NCBI GenBank assembly: GCA_038247415.1
Contig: JBBRUX010000002.1
Location: 77,370-141,369 of the forward strand
Direction of reading: 5' to 3'
Length of the DNA: 64,000 nucleotides
From: Chitinivibrionales bacterium
GTDB taxonomy: Bacteria > Fibrobacterota > Chitinivibrionia > Chitinivibrionales > WJKA01
The notes beneath the pieces are model-generated. The model saw only the letters and a list, made by a program, of their open reading frames with translations. It did not search any database and was not told the DNA's origin. Of the stretch, positions 1-8,605 are shown piece after piece; positions within the stretch are counted from its first letter, which is position 1; every line of letters starts with the position of its first letter. The position numbers were made by a program, and so were the translations under genes.

Positions 1-69
1 CCAAAAGCCGAAATTGTTAAAAAAAATCCAATTGAGGTAGAACTTTTTTAAATAGCTGTGCGCAGTGCT

Positions 70-867
70 ATGAACATTACTTTTCTAGGAACTGGTACAT
101 CGCACGGCGTTCCCACCATCGATTGTACGATTGCCTCAAAACGTCACCACGCAGCCTGCGTTTGTGCAAAAGCACATTCGAATCCTCGCTATAAACGCAC
201 TCGCTGTTCTCTTTTAATTTCTTTAGATTCACATACGATACTTATCGACGTATCCCTAGATTTTAGAGAACAAATGCTAGCGCATACGGTTCGATCCATT
301 GATACGGTACTCATAACACATGCACATGCAGATCATATTGGGGGCATGCCCGATATACGCTCGTATACTCACGATGCCACACATCCTCTCCCCGTTTATG
401 GTTCATTCGAAACCCTCACGCGCGTTAAGGAAACCTTTGGATATATTTTCGATCCCGCAACCTTTGTTGGAGGCGGTATTCCTTATTTGTCACTTAATCC
501 TATACATGCACCTTTTTTAATAAACTCATTCAAAATTACACCAATTCCCGTAACTCACGGAAATTTATTAGGCTGCTATGGCTTTCGCATCAATGGTCTT
601 GTGTATATCCCCGACCTTAAATCCATGACCGAAGAATCCTATCTACTTTGTAAAGGTGCAGATGTTCTCATTATAAATTGTATGCGCATAGAGCGTGAGC
701 ATGTTTCACATTTAATTGTTTCCGAAAGCCTTGCGCTTGCTCGTAAAATTGGTGCCAAGCAAACGTTTTTTACGCACATGAGCCACGAGGTCGATTTTAG
801 CATTCATTCTGCTCTGCTGGATCAATCTATGGCATTTGCATATGATGGTTTAACTTTTTCTTTATAA
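70..867 (+). CDS. MBL-fold metallo-hydrolase, PhnP/YycJ family
   Basis: LGTGTSHGVP N-terminus, THAHADH metal motif, THMSH. ATG at 70 preferred over GTG at 58. Confidence 0.9.
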   Translation: MNITFLGTGTSHGVPTIDCTIASKRHHAACVCAKAHSNPRYKRTRCSLLISLDSHTILIDVSLDFREQMLAHTVRSIDTVLITHAHADHIGGMPDIRSYTHDATHPLPVYGSFETLTRVKETFGYIFDPATFVGGGIPYLSLNPIHAPFLINSFKITPIPVTHGNLLGCYGFRINGLVYIPDLKSMTEESYLLCKGADVLIINCMRIEREHVSHLIVSESLALARKIGAKQTFFTHMSHEVDFSIHSALLDQSMAFAYDGLTFSL

Positions 868-883
868 TATATCTGGGAGTAGT

Positions 884-1561
884 ATGGAAAAATACAAAGA
901 GGAATTTATCGAATTTATGGTGTCTGCAGGGGTTCTTACCTTTGGCGACTTTACAACAAAAAGCGGAAGAAAAACACCCTTTTTTATTAATACCGGTAAT
1001 TATAAAACCGGTAAGCAGCTCTCCCTCTTGGGTGATTTTTACGCCGCAGCAATAGAGCATAATTTTCCAGAACCTCTCAATGCATTGTTTGGGCCTGCAT
1101 ATAAAGGAATTCCTTTGGCTACGGCTGCATCAATTTCTCTCTTTACAAAATTTAACAGAAACGTTGGGTCTTGTTTTAATCGTAAAGAAGCAAAAGATCA
1201 TGGTGAAGGCGGTGTAATTGTGGGCTATAAACCAACCGATAACGATCGTATTCTAATTATAGAAGATGTTACAACTGCAGGAACCTCCATTCGCGAAACA
1301 ATTCCATTGCTTGCTAATTGTGGAAAAATTACTATTGCAGGTCTTATTGTTTCGGTAGATCGTATGGAACGGGGAACGGGAATTAAAAGTGCCCTCACCG
1401 AAATTCAAAACTCGTTTGGCATTAAAACAGCCGCTATTGTAAACCTCGAAGAAATTGTTTCACATCTTTATAATAAGCCAATCAATGGCACTATTATTCT
1501 CACCGAAGAAATCTTTAGCCGTATTCTAGACTATAAAAAACTATATGGTGCCCAAGTATGA
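884..1561 (+). CDS. pyrE: Orotate phosphoribosyltransferase
   Basis: FGDFTTKSGRKTPFF, GPAYKGIP, RKEAKDHGEGG, PRPP motif IIEDVTTAGTS. GGGAG RBS. Confidence 0.97.
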   Translation: MEKYKEEFIEFMVSAGVLTFGDFTTKSGRKTPFFINTGNYKTGKQLSLLGDFYAAAIEHNFPEPLNALFGPAYKGIPLATAASISLFTKFNRNVGSCFNRKEAKDHGEGGVIVGYKPTDNDRILIIEDVTTAGTSIRETIPLLANCGKITIAGLIVSVDRMERGTGIKSALTEIQNSFGIKTAAIVNLEEIVSHLYNKPINGTIILTEEIFSRILDYKKLYGAQV

Positions 1562-2112
1562 AACGTGTAGACGAAAATCCACCCGATAGGTTTCCGCTAC
1601 GGCCAATAGCAGAGCATGACAATCCCTGGTGGATCGCTAAAGTAAAGCCCCGCCAGGAAAAGGCGCTTGCTATCGATTTTATTGAAAAAAATGTCGAATA
1701 CTATTTGCCTATGTTTACAAAAGTCACACGCCGTGCCGACAATAATAAGCCGCGCAAATCTGTTTTACCGCTCTTTCCAGGATATATTTGTTTTTGTGCT
1801 GAAAGAGGAACACAACGATCGATTTTTACAACAGGAAGAGTAGTTTCAGTTCTTGAGGTTCGTCATCAAGCAAAACTAATTCGGGAACTCGATCAGATAT
1901 ATCGTGGGTTTTTAGCAGGATCGGAGCTTGAACCACTCGATTATGGCATTCAGCCCGGCATGTCTGTTATGGTGCAATCGGGTTCTTTAAAAGGAATTAC
2001 AGGAATTGTTTCACGTATCCATAATACCGATAAACTTGTTTTGTCGGTGGAAGGGCTTGGATTAGCCGCCATGATTATAGATCTTGCTTTAGTAAAGCCA
2101 ATACAAGTTTAA
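1558..2112 (+). CDS. NusG paralog transcription antiterminator (UpxY/RfaH-like)
   Basis: WWIAKVKPRQEK and PLFPGYI in the NGN domain, KOW-like PGMSVMVQSGSLKGITGIV. ATGA overlap with the pyrE stop. Confidence 0.85.
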   Translation: MKRVDENPPDRFPLRPIAEHDNPWWIAKVKPRQEKALAIDFIEKNVEYYLPMFTKVTRRADNNKPRKSVLPLFPGYICFCAERGTQRSIFTTGRVVSVLEVRHQAKLIRELDQIYRGFLAGSELEPLDYGIQPGMSVMVQSGSLKGITGIVSRIHNTDKLVLSVEGLGLAAMIIDLALVKPIQV

Positions 2113-2142
2113 GGTTTAATACCAATCGGCCCAGAAGCCTTT

Positions 2143-2194
2143 GGCCCCTTGTCGATGGGTGCCCTTGCGTTTCGAGGTGCTCAACGATCGGCAC
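2143..2194. repeat. REP-like intergenic repeat (degenerate TTCGA-N4-CTCA core)
   Basis: CCTTGTCGATG at 2147-2157 is identical to 44960-44970. Core 2168-2190 is flanked by a GTGCC/GGCAC inverted pair. Lies between convergent genes. Confidence 0.5.
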
Positions 2195-2218
2195 AGGGGG
2201 TTTTCGGTCAAGCACTAT

Positions 2219-4471
2219 TTACTTAACATGAGCAATTTTTTGTGAAGCGAGAAGATTCCCCGATTTCGAGGTGATCGTTATAAAACTACACCCTCCTTCT
2301 GCTTTTTTTATTGCTGTATTTCCATCAAACAATTGTAGTGTTGCTTGTGCAATGCATTGCCCTTTGCTTGTGTAAATGGCTATTTTATTGCCATCATGCC
2401 AGAGCGTTGCTGGCAGCAGCACCGCGCTTTTTCCTATTTCCAATTTACGCATCTGTGCTCTTTGAGTAGGAAGCATATGTGTAACGGGGCTTGTTTGAAC
2501 TATAGAAAAAGCGACTGGAGACTGGTCATAAATATCTGCATTTCCATACATGTAAACTTTAATCAGTGCGCTATTAGAGAGATACGATACATCTGATGGG
2601 ATTATGAAAAAGGTATCTCTTTGCTCGGCAACCTGCGCAAATGGAGCGCTAAATGGTTCTATCGAAAATGATTTGCCATTGTTTAGCGATAATGCAACTA
2701 CCGCCGCTAAACCATTTCCATTAAGCAATTTCCAGCATACTTTTACCGTATCACCAAATGCATATTGGTTTGCTGTAATAGGATTAAGAAGCACTACCGA
2801 TGGCCGGGCAATCCCGCTAAAGAGCACCGACTTTGGTATACCTTTTTTAACAAATGCTGCCGATGAATACATAACATCGAGCTGTTCTGGACCCGTGGCA
2901 TCAAAATATACTACTCTTATATCATGGTACCCGCTTGAGAGTCCTATCGAACCGCTTTTTTCTTGAAGCGTATGAATACCGTCATTATTAACAACAAGAG
3001 AATCATCGATATAGAGCATCGATCCTTCATCGGAATTAAGATAAAATTTATAATTATCATCAGCCGGAATAGAAATATATCCATTGAAACAAAAAGCGAA
3101 ATAGTTTCCACCATTACGGCTCGAAATATCAAAAGAATCTATAGCACCAGAATCGAGTACCGTCGTGTTAGTATATTCTTTTGTTGTAGCATATTGGCCC
3201 TCATAATATGTATACGTTAATCCTTGTTGTACATTTGTCACACTTGATGCTGGTTTCAATTTTCCAAAAATGTACCTTTTTTCGGATATATTTGATGAGA
3301 GCATTCCTTGCTTGAATCCCCGAGTTCGAACGAGCGTTGATGCGACTATATTGAGTGGTTGCGTATAGAGTGCAGAAGTTGACAATGGGTCGGAGCCATC
3401 GAGTGTATATCGAATTGATGCTGCACTTGTCGTGCATGCAAGAGTCACCGAGAGCGTTCCTGTAAAAGCGGTAACATCGGGTGAAATTTTTGGCAGATCA
3501 ACATTTCCGTGTACCGTTTTTCCAACCCACAAATCTGGCCAATACATACTATCGCCTAAAAAGATATTTTCTTTTGTGGATACTTTTCTAATCCATGCAT
3601 AAGCCACCGTTGTTCCACCCGTTGTTGGTACGGTTACTATCCTATCTCCATTATGCACAAGAAATTGTGTTGTATTAGACCATCGCATTCCGCACATGCC
3701 CGAGTTATTGACAGGCGCGATTTTATCGAGTTGTGTTAGATTAAAATCCATTATTGGTGCTGGTTGTGTGTGGCTTCCATAATTAAAAATTACCACGCCG
3801 GTGCTATCAGGTCTCAATCGCACCGTACACCCATCTCCTGATCGTGGAACGAGATCACGAACCACGCCCGTAGCAAGATTCTTTACACAAGGACGATGAT
3901 ACCCTCCTGTGGCGGTATTTCCCCCGATATCAACATACCCAAGATAATTTCCACATTTTTCTACTGAGGCATAGCCTTTTTGCACAGGAGTTGAAATAAG
4001 GGTTGTTGTTAGCCCCGCCGAATTATCTGCATGAATTTGCGTTTTTACAATTGTTGCATATGTACTATATACCACGGCACTATCGCCATCCCAACTGTGT
4101 GCTATAAGATCCCAATTAATAGATCCTTGCCAAATCACCTTTTGAGCCGATCCATCGGCATTCATTACAATAAGCTGCTGATTATTTTGTACCGCAATTC
4201 GGGTTCCATCGGGAGAAAATTTATACGAGGCAATTAAGCCCCACTGGGTGTTTGCAAGTGCGAATGCAGCAAGAGCTATTTTAAGTCCAGTTTCAAGGTC
4301 TAGCACCCAAACTTTATTTGCATTACCGTATACAACCTTGCCGCCTTGATTTTCAGAAAGGAAAGACCACGCACTTACAATTTGGGATGGTGTTTGAGCG
4401 GAAAGCATTACACTGAAGGATAAAAGAGAGATCAAAGCCAACTTATTTAAGCGCTTAAACTCAGCCACCAT
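2219..4471 (-). CDS. Secreted modular protein: TolB-like beta-propeller, chitobiase/Fn3-associated domain, PA14 domain, T9SS-like C-terminal domain
   Basis: Signal peptide after a GGAGG-preceded ATG at 4471. FSPDGTRIA, IRYTLDGSDP, PA14 motif YKFYLNSDEGSMLYID..VVNNDGIH, C-terminal IAIYTSKGQ. Confidence 0.8.
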   Translation of the reverse strand: MVAEFKRLNKLALISLLSFSVMLSAQTPSQIVSAWSFLSENQGGKVVYGNANKVWVLDLETGLKIALAAFALANTQWGLIASYKFSPDGTRIAVQNNQQLIVMNADGSAQKVIWQGSINWDLIAHSWDGDSAVVYSTYATIVKTQIHADNSAGLTTTLISTPVQKGYASVEKCGNYLGYVDIGGNTATGGYHRPCVKNLATGVVRDLVPRSGDGCTVRLRPDSTGVVIFNYGSHTQPAPIMDFNLTQLDKIAPVNNSGMCGMRWSNTTQFLVHNGDRIVTVPTTGGTTVAYAWIRKVSTKENIFLGDSMYWPDLWVGKTVHGNVDLPKISPDVTAFTGTLSVTLACTTSAASIRYTLDGSDPLSTSALYTQPLNIVASTLVRTRGFKQGMLSSNISEKRYIFGKLKPASSVTNVQQGLTYTYYEGQYATTKEYTNTTVLDSGAIDSFDISSRNGGNYFAFCFNGYISIPADDNYKFYLNSDEGSMLYIDDSLVVNNDGIHTLQEKSGSIGLSSGYHDIRVVYFDATGPEQLDVMYSSAAFVKKGIPKSVLFSGIARPSVVLLNPITANQYAFGDTVKVCWKLLNGNGLAAVVALSLNNGKSFSIEPFSAPFAQVAEQRDTFFIIPSDVSYLSNSALIKVYMYGNADIYDQSPVAFSIVQTSPVTHMLPTQRAQMRKLEIGKSAVLLPATLWHDGNKIAIYTSKGQCIAQATLQLFDGNTAIKKAEGGCSFITITSKSGNLLASQKIAHVK

Positions 4472-4771
4472 CTTAATCCTCCATACCATTGCAGCAAAAA
4501 TGAGGTATCGTCCGAAAGCGTTATTCTGTAATAGAAGCCCTGTTTCGTCATGCGCCGCGCATTTTTGAGCCATTTTTCAGATATTCTGGTAATTCCCTTG
4601 AGTAGTTCGTGAATCCGCTTGCGCAGCTCGCCGGGCTATCCAAAGAAGAAATGCCTGAAATTGGTCGATTGGTCAAAAACACACGTTTGTTCGCATGAGA
4701 AACAGAGCCATTATTAATATAACAACAATTTCATGTTTTTCGTAGTGTTTTTATCAAAATTGAAATTTTAT

Positions 4772-5119
4772 TTAGCTTTCTTTAGATCGGGCTGCCATGG
4801 TGCAATTTCCGCTAAAATATGCGCCTTCACTAATAATGAGTTCTTTGGCTTTCAAATCTCCCTCAAGAGATGCATGTGATTCAAGTTCAACGCGATCTTC
4901 TACACTTAAATTGCCAACAATTCTCCCACCAACCATAGCGCTCTTAGCGGTAATCTCGGCCTCAACATACCCTGTTGCCCCAATGGTTAGCATTTCCACT
5001 GTTTTAAGTATGCCTTTAAGCGTTCCATCGATACGAATAGGGTGGGGTACTGCGATAGTACCTTCAATCACGGTTCCTTCACCAATGAGAGTATATGCGC
5101 CTTTGCCGTGCTTATCCAT
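4772..5119 (-). CDS. Bactofilin (polymer-forming cytoskeletal protein)
   Basis: TLIGEGTVIEG, IRIDG, LTIGATGYVEAEI, LIISEGAYFSGNCTM beta-helix repeats. Confidence 0.93.
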   Translation of the reverse strand: MDKHGKGAYTLIGEGTVIEGTIAVPHPIRIDGTLKGILKTVEMLTIGATGYVEAEITAKSAMVGGRIVGNLSVEDRVELESHASLEGDLKAKELIISEGAYFSGNCTMAARSKES

Positions 5120-5131
5120 AAGAGCCTCCGG

Positions 5132-5980
5132 TTATTCTTTAGATCCTACAAGTATATATATCATTGGATCAACATTTTTACCATCTTTTACTACTTCATA
5201 ATGAACATGTGGTGCTGTGGATCGCCCTGAGTTTCCACACAGTGCAATTGTTTGCCCACGTTTGATGTCGTCGCCTTTTTTAACAAGAATTTGCGAACAA
5301 TGACCATATCGAGTGACAAAACCAAATTTATGCTTAATAATCACAAGCATTCCCAAAAATTGATCATTGACAACATCCAACACATATCCCGGTGCAGTTG
5401 CCCGAATAGGCGTTCCAATAGAAGCTGCAATATCAATACCACAATGCGTTTCGTCAGATGCTTTATTAGATATCTGGAATAATCGAGTTGTCCATCCGTC
5501 AATTGGTCGAATATTGGGGGTTGTTGCCCAATAAGAATTAAATGATTCGTCTTGATGTGCCGAAACCGTTTTTGTGTTTTGTTTGGATCCTTGCACCGGC
5601 TGTTGAGCATTTTCGGCAAGGGTATCGCTGATATTGGCTGCAATTACTGCAGGTTTATACATTGCGCGGGGATTTGTTTCGGTAGCAATTTTTTCCAGAT
5701 AGCGCGAGAGCTCTTCAAGTTTCGTACTATTTTGAAGCCCTGCAATAAGTCGGGCTTTTTCCTGCGTTAATCGCTCTTTATCTTTTCGTAAAGCATCAAC
5801 GAGTTGCAGGCGTAATCCAATATGGCCAAAATAAAGGACAAAAACAACAACAGCAAGTGATACTGACGCAGCAAATAAAATAAGTGTATGAATAATATTC
5901 TTATGTAATCGTATCGAGAACGGCTTAGAATTGTCGTCCGATACGAACATAATCGTATAATATCGTTTCACTCGACGCAT
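5132..5980 (-). CDS. M23 family metallo-endopeptidase, membrane anchored
   Basis: N-terminal TM helix and coiled coil. HCGIDIAA (HxxxD), YGH, GRSTAPHVHYEV. Confidence 0.92.
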   Translation of the reverse strand: MRRVKRYYTIMFVSDDNSKPFSIRLHKNIIHTLILFAASVSLAVVVFVLYFGHIGLRLQLVDALRKDKERLTQEKARLIAGLQNSTKLEELSRYLEKIATETNPRAMYKPAVIAANISDTLAENAQQPVQGSKQNTKTVSAHQDESFNSYWATTPNIRPIDGWTTRLFQISNKASDETHCGIDIAASIGTPIRATAPGYVLDVVNDQFLGMLVIIKHKFGFVTRYGHCSQILVKKGDDIKRGQTIALCGNSGRSTAPHVHYEVVKDGKNVDPMIYILVGSKE

Positions 5981-5998
5981 AAAAGCCTTTTTATTACC

Positions 5999-6892
5999 TT
6001 ATCGAGATATATGATTCATAAGCAGATCGTATATGCGATTAAAATCATCTTTACTGAAATAATTAATTTCTATTTTTCCTTTATCTTTTGCTGCTGGCTT
6101 AATTACAATAGGGGAACCAAATCGATATTGCAATTGCTCAATAACTGCGGCTAAATCTGGGTCTCGTGGTGCAATTGTTTCATGAGCTTTTTTATGGGAT
6201 TCTTTTGGCTTTTTATCTTTACCTACCGTTGCCAAAGCTTCTACATCGCGCACGGTTAAACCATCTGCAATAATGCGCTCTGCGAGAGCTAATTGTTTTT
6301 GTTCATCGTCAAGCGCCACAAGGCTTCGTGCATGCCCCGCGGTAAGCTTGTTTTGAGAAAGCATATCTTGAATTACCTGCGGTAATTTTAATAAGCGCAA
6401 AGCATTAGTAATAACACTTCGACTTTTGCCAACTCTTAAAGAAAGCTCTTCGTGAGACAATCCACATTCAAGCAAAAGCTTTTGATACGCATACGCCTTT
6501 TCAAGCTCATTGAGGTCTTCGCGCTGGATATTTTCTACAAGCGCCATCTCCATCATTTCACGATCGGTAATAGATGGTTTCACAATGGCAGGAACTTGAT
6601 CATTACCTAAAAAGCCCATTGCCCGAAACCGTCGTTCACCCGATATTATTTCATATCCATCGTGCTTTTTACGTAGAACTATTGGCTGTAATAATCCTTG
6701 ATTTTTAATACTTTCTGCAAGACCATGAATTTCTTCTTCGTTAAAAACAGTTCGAGGCTGAAATGGGTTAGGCCGAATTGCATTGATATCAACAAAGACT
6801 ACTTCGTTGCCACTGCCCAATTCTTCGGTATCTTGTGGAATTAAATTTGTAAGGCCACGCCCGAGAGCGCGACGAGCTAAGGGCTTAGCCAT
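5999..6892 (-). CDS. parB: Chromosome partitioning protein ParB/Spo0J
   Basis: ALGRGL, PNPFQPR, SGERRFRA, ALVENIQREDL, HTH. Likely start at 6892. Confidence 0.97.
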   Translation of the reverse strand: MAKPLARRALGRGLTNLIPQDTEELGSGNEVVFVDINAIRPNPFQPRTVFNEEEIHGLAESIKNQGLLQPIVLRKKHDGYEIISGERRFRAMGFLGNDQVPAIVKPSITDREMMEMALVENIQREDLNELEKAYAYQKLLLECGLSHEELSLRVGKSRSVITNALRLLKLPQVIQDMLSQNKLTAGHARSLVALDDEQKQLALAERIIADGLTVRDVEALATVGKDKKPKESHKKAHETIAPRDPDLAAVIEQLQYRFGSPIVIKPAAKDKGKIEINYFSKDDFNRIYDLLMNHISR

Positions 6893-7667
6893 GATTAACA
6901 ATTTCCTTTGCAAGCTTCAAATAATTTTCTGAGCCACTCGACATAATATCGTACAAAATAATTGGTTTACCAAATGAGGGAGATTCCGACAATTTAACAT
7001 TACGCGTAATAACAGCATCAAAAACTTTGCCCGAAAAATAGGAACGAACTTCTTCCGACACCTGGCGGCATAAATTTAATCGTCCGTCGTACATGGTAAG
7101 CAATGCGCCTTCGATGGTAAGTTTAGTATTAAGCGTTTTTTGCACCAAGCGAATAGTATTGAGCAATTCTGCCAAACCTTCAAGCGCGTAATATTCACAC
7201 TGAATTGGAATAAGTACCGAATCTGCCGCAGTTAAAATATTAATCGTTAACAATCCAAGGGATGGGGGAGAATCGATAATAATATATTCGTATTCATCTC
7301 GAATGCTCTCCAGCGCCATTGATAGTTGTTTTTCACGAGCAAGAACATTTACCAGCTCAATTTCTGCAGCTGCTAAATCGGGTGTTGCTGGAACAATTGA
7401 TAAAAAGGCAATATCTTGGCTCTTAATAACAACATCAGCAATGGCGGTTTGCAGAGCACCATGACGACGATGTGTTAACACATCATAAATAGATTGTTGT
7501 ATCGTGCTTTTATCAACACCAATTCCTGTTGTTGCATTTGCTTGGGGATCCATATCAATTAAAAGTGTTTTATGTTCTGCAGCAGCCAAACAAGAAGCAA
7601 GATTAACTGAGGTTGTTGTTTTACCAACCCCACCTTTTTGATTACAAACTGCTATTACTTTACCCAC
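6885..7667 (-). CDS. parA: Chromosome partitioning ATPase ParA/Soj
   Basis: NQKGGVGKTTT, DMDPQANAT, DSPPSLG, QCEYYALEG. Confidence 0.97.
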   Translation of the reverse strand: MGKVIAVCNQKGGVGKTTTSVNLASCLAAAEHKTLLIDMDPQANATTGIGVDKSTIQQSIYDVLTHRRHGALQTAIADVVIKSQDIAFLSIVPATPDLAAAEIELVNVLAREKQLSMALESIRDEYEYIIIDSPPSLGLLTINILTAADSVLIPIQCEYYALEGLAELLNTIRLVQKTLNTKLTIEGALLTMYDGRLNLCRQVSEEVRSYFSGKVFDAVITRNVKLSESPSFGKPIILYDIMSSGSENYLKLAKEIVNHG

Positions 7668-7692
7668 AAGCTACCCACCCATTGTTCATATG

Positions 7693-7834
7693 TTATCAAC
7701 ATTATACTAACACACTCATTAAACTGTTACTCTTTGGTAATATCCTAAATATTTCCTATATATATCATACTCTTATGATACTTTTTGTTTGTTGATAATC
7801 TTATTTCATATCCAGATATATAAAGTTTTCCACA
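7693..7834. promoter_or_regulatory. Cluster of DnaA-box-like 9-mers upstream of parA
   Basis: TTATCAACA 7693-7701, TGTTGATAA 7790-7798 and TTTTCCACA 7826-7834 in an AT-rich intergenic gap. Confidence 0.55.
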
Positions 7835-7880
7835 TCAATTTCGCTTAAAGAAACACACACATCATGCACGTTACATTTCA

Positions 7881-8567
7881 TTATATGGGCAGCAATTCTA
7901 AGGAAACCAATTTTAATCCAAAAATCTGTTTTCCAAGATCGTATTCTGCAATTTCTGAAATGCGAGCATGTGATGCTTTAGTAGATGTGATGTTTTCTAA
8001 TTCTGTGGCAAAATCTTTTCCTTTAAAAGTATAAATCCTACCATCGGGTTGCGAAAGAAATGGTTTGGCCATATCTGCTATTTCTGCAAATGTACCAACA
8101 CCCCGGCTTACTACATAATCAAACGGCTTAGTTTCTGGATCAAGCGCTTCCACTCGCCCCGGAAAAACAAATACATTTTCTAACACTAATTCTTCAACAA
8201 TTTCACTTAAAAACTTTGCCTTCTTTTTATTTGATTCGGCTAAAACGATATCCAGGTCAGGGCGAAAAATCCGTGTAGGTATTGATGGAAAACCACCTCC
8301 AGCGCCAACATCCAAAATTCGGGCATTCTTTTTAAATCCAAATAAAAGTAGCGGTTGTAACGAATCGCAAAAGTGACGAATAAATAAATTTCCTTCATCC
8401 TTTTTTGAAACCAAAGATGCTAAATCATTCCACTTAAGCAAAAGTGCCATGAAGCGCAAAATATAATCTCGCTGAACCAAGTCGGGTGTTAAACCAAGTC
8501 GTTCAAGCTCTTTCAACTCATACAATTCTTTGGCCTTTTCCATAAACTGAGCGGGAATCTTATTCAT
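7881..8567 (-). CDS. rsmG: 16S rRNA m7G527 methyltransferase (GidB)
   Basis: RHFCDSL, LDVGAGGGFPSIP, ESNKKKAKFL. Located downstream of mnmG. Confidence 0.95.
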   Translation of the reverse strand: MNKIPAQFMEKAKELYELKELERLGLTPDLVQRDYILRFMALLLKWNDLASLVSKKDEGNLFIRHFCDSLQPLLLFGFKKNARILDVGAGGGFPSIPTRIFRPDLDIVLAESNKKKAKFLSEIVEELVLENVFVFPGRVEALDPETKPFDYVVSRGVGTFAEIADMAKPFLSQPDGRIYTFKGKDFATELENITSTKASHARISEIAEYDLGKQIFGLKLVSLELLPI

Positions 8568-8586
8568 AGATGAACATCTCCACTAT

Positions 8587-8602
8587 TGTTTCACGTGAAA
8601 CA
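8587..8602. promoter_or_regulatory. parS centromere site
   Basis: Perfect palindrome TGTTTCACGTGAAACA. Confidence 0.95.
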
Positions 8603-8605
8603 TAT

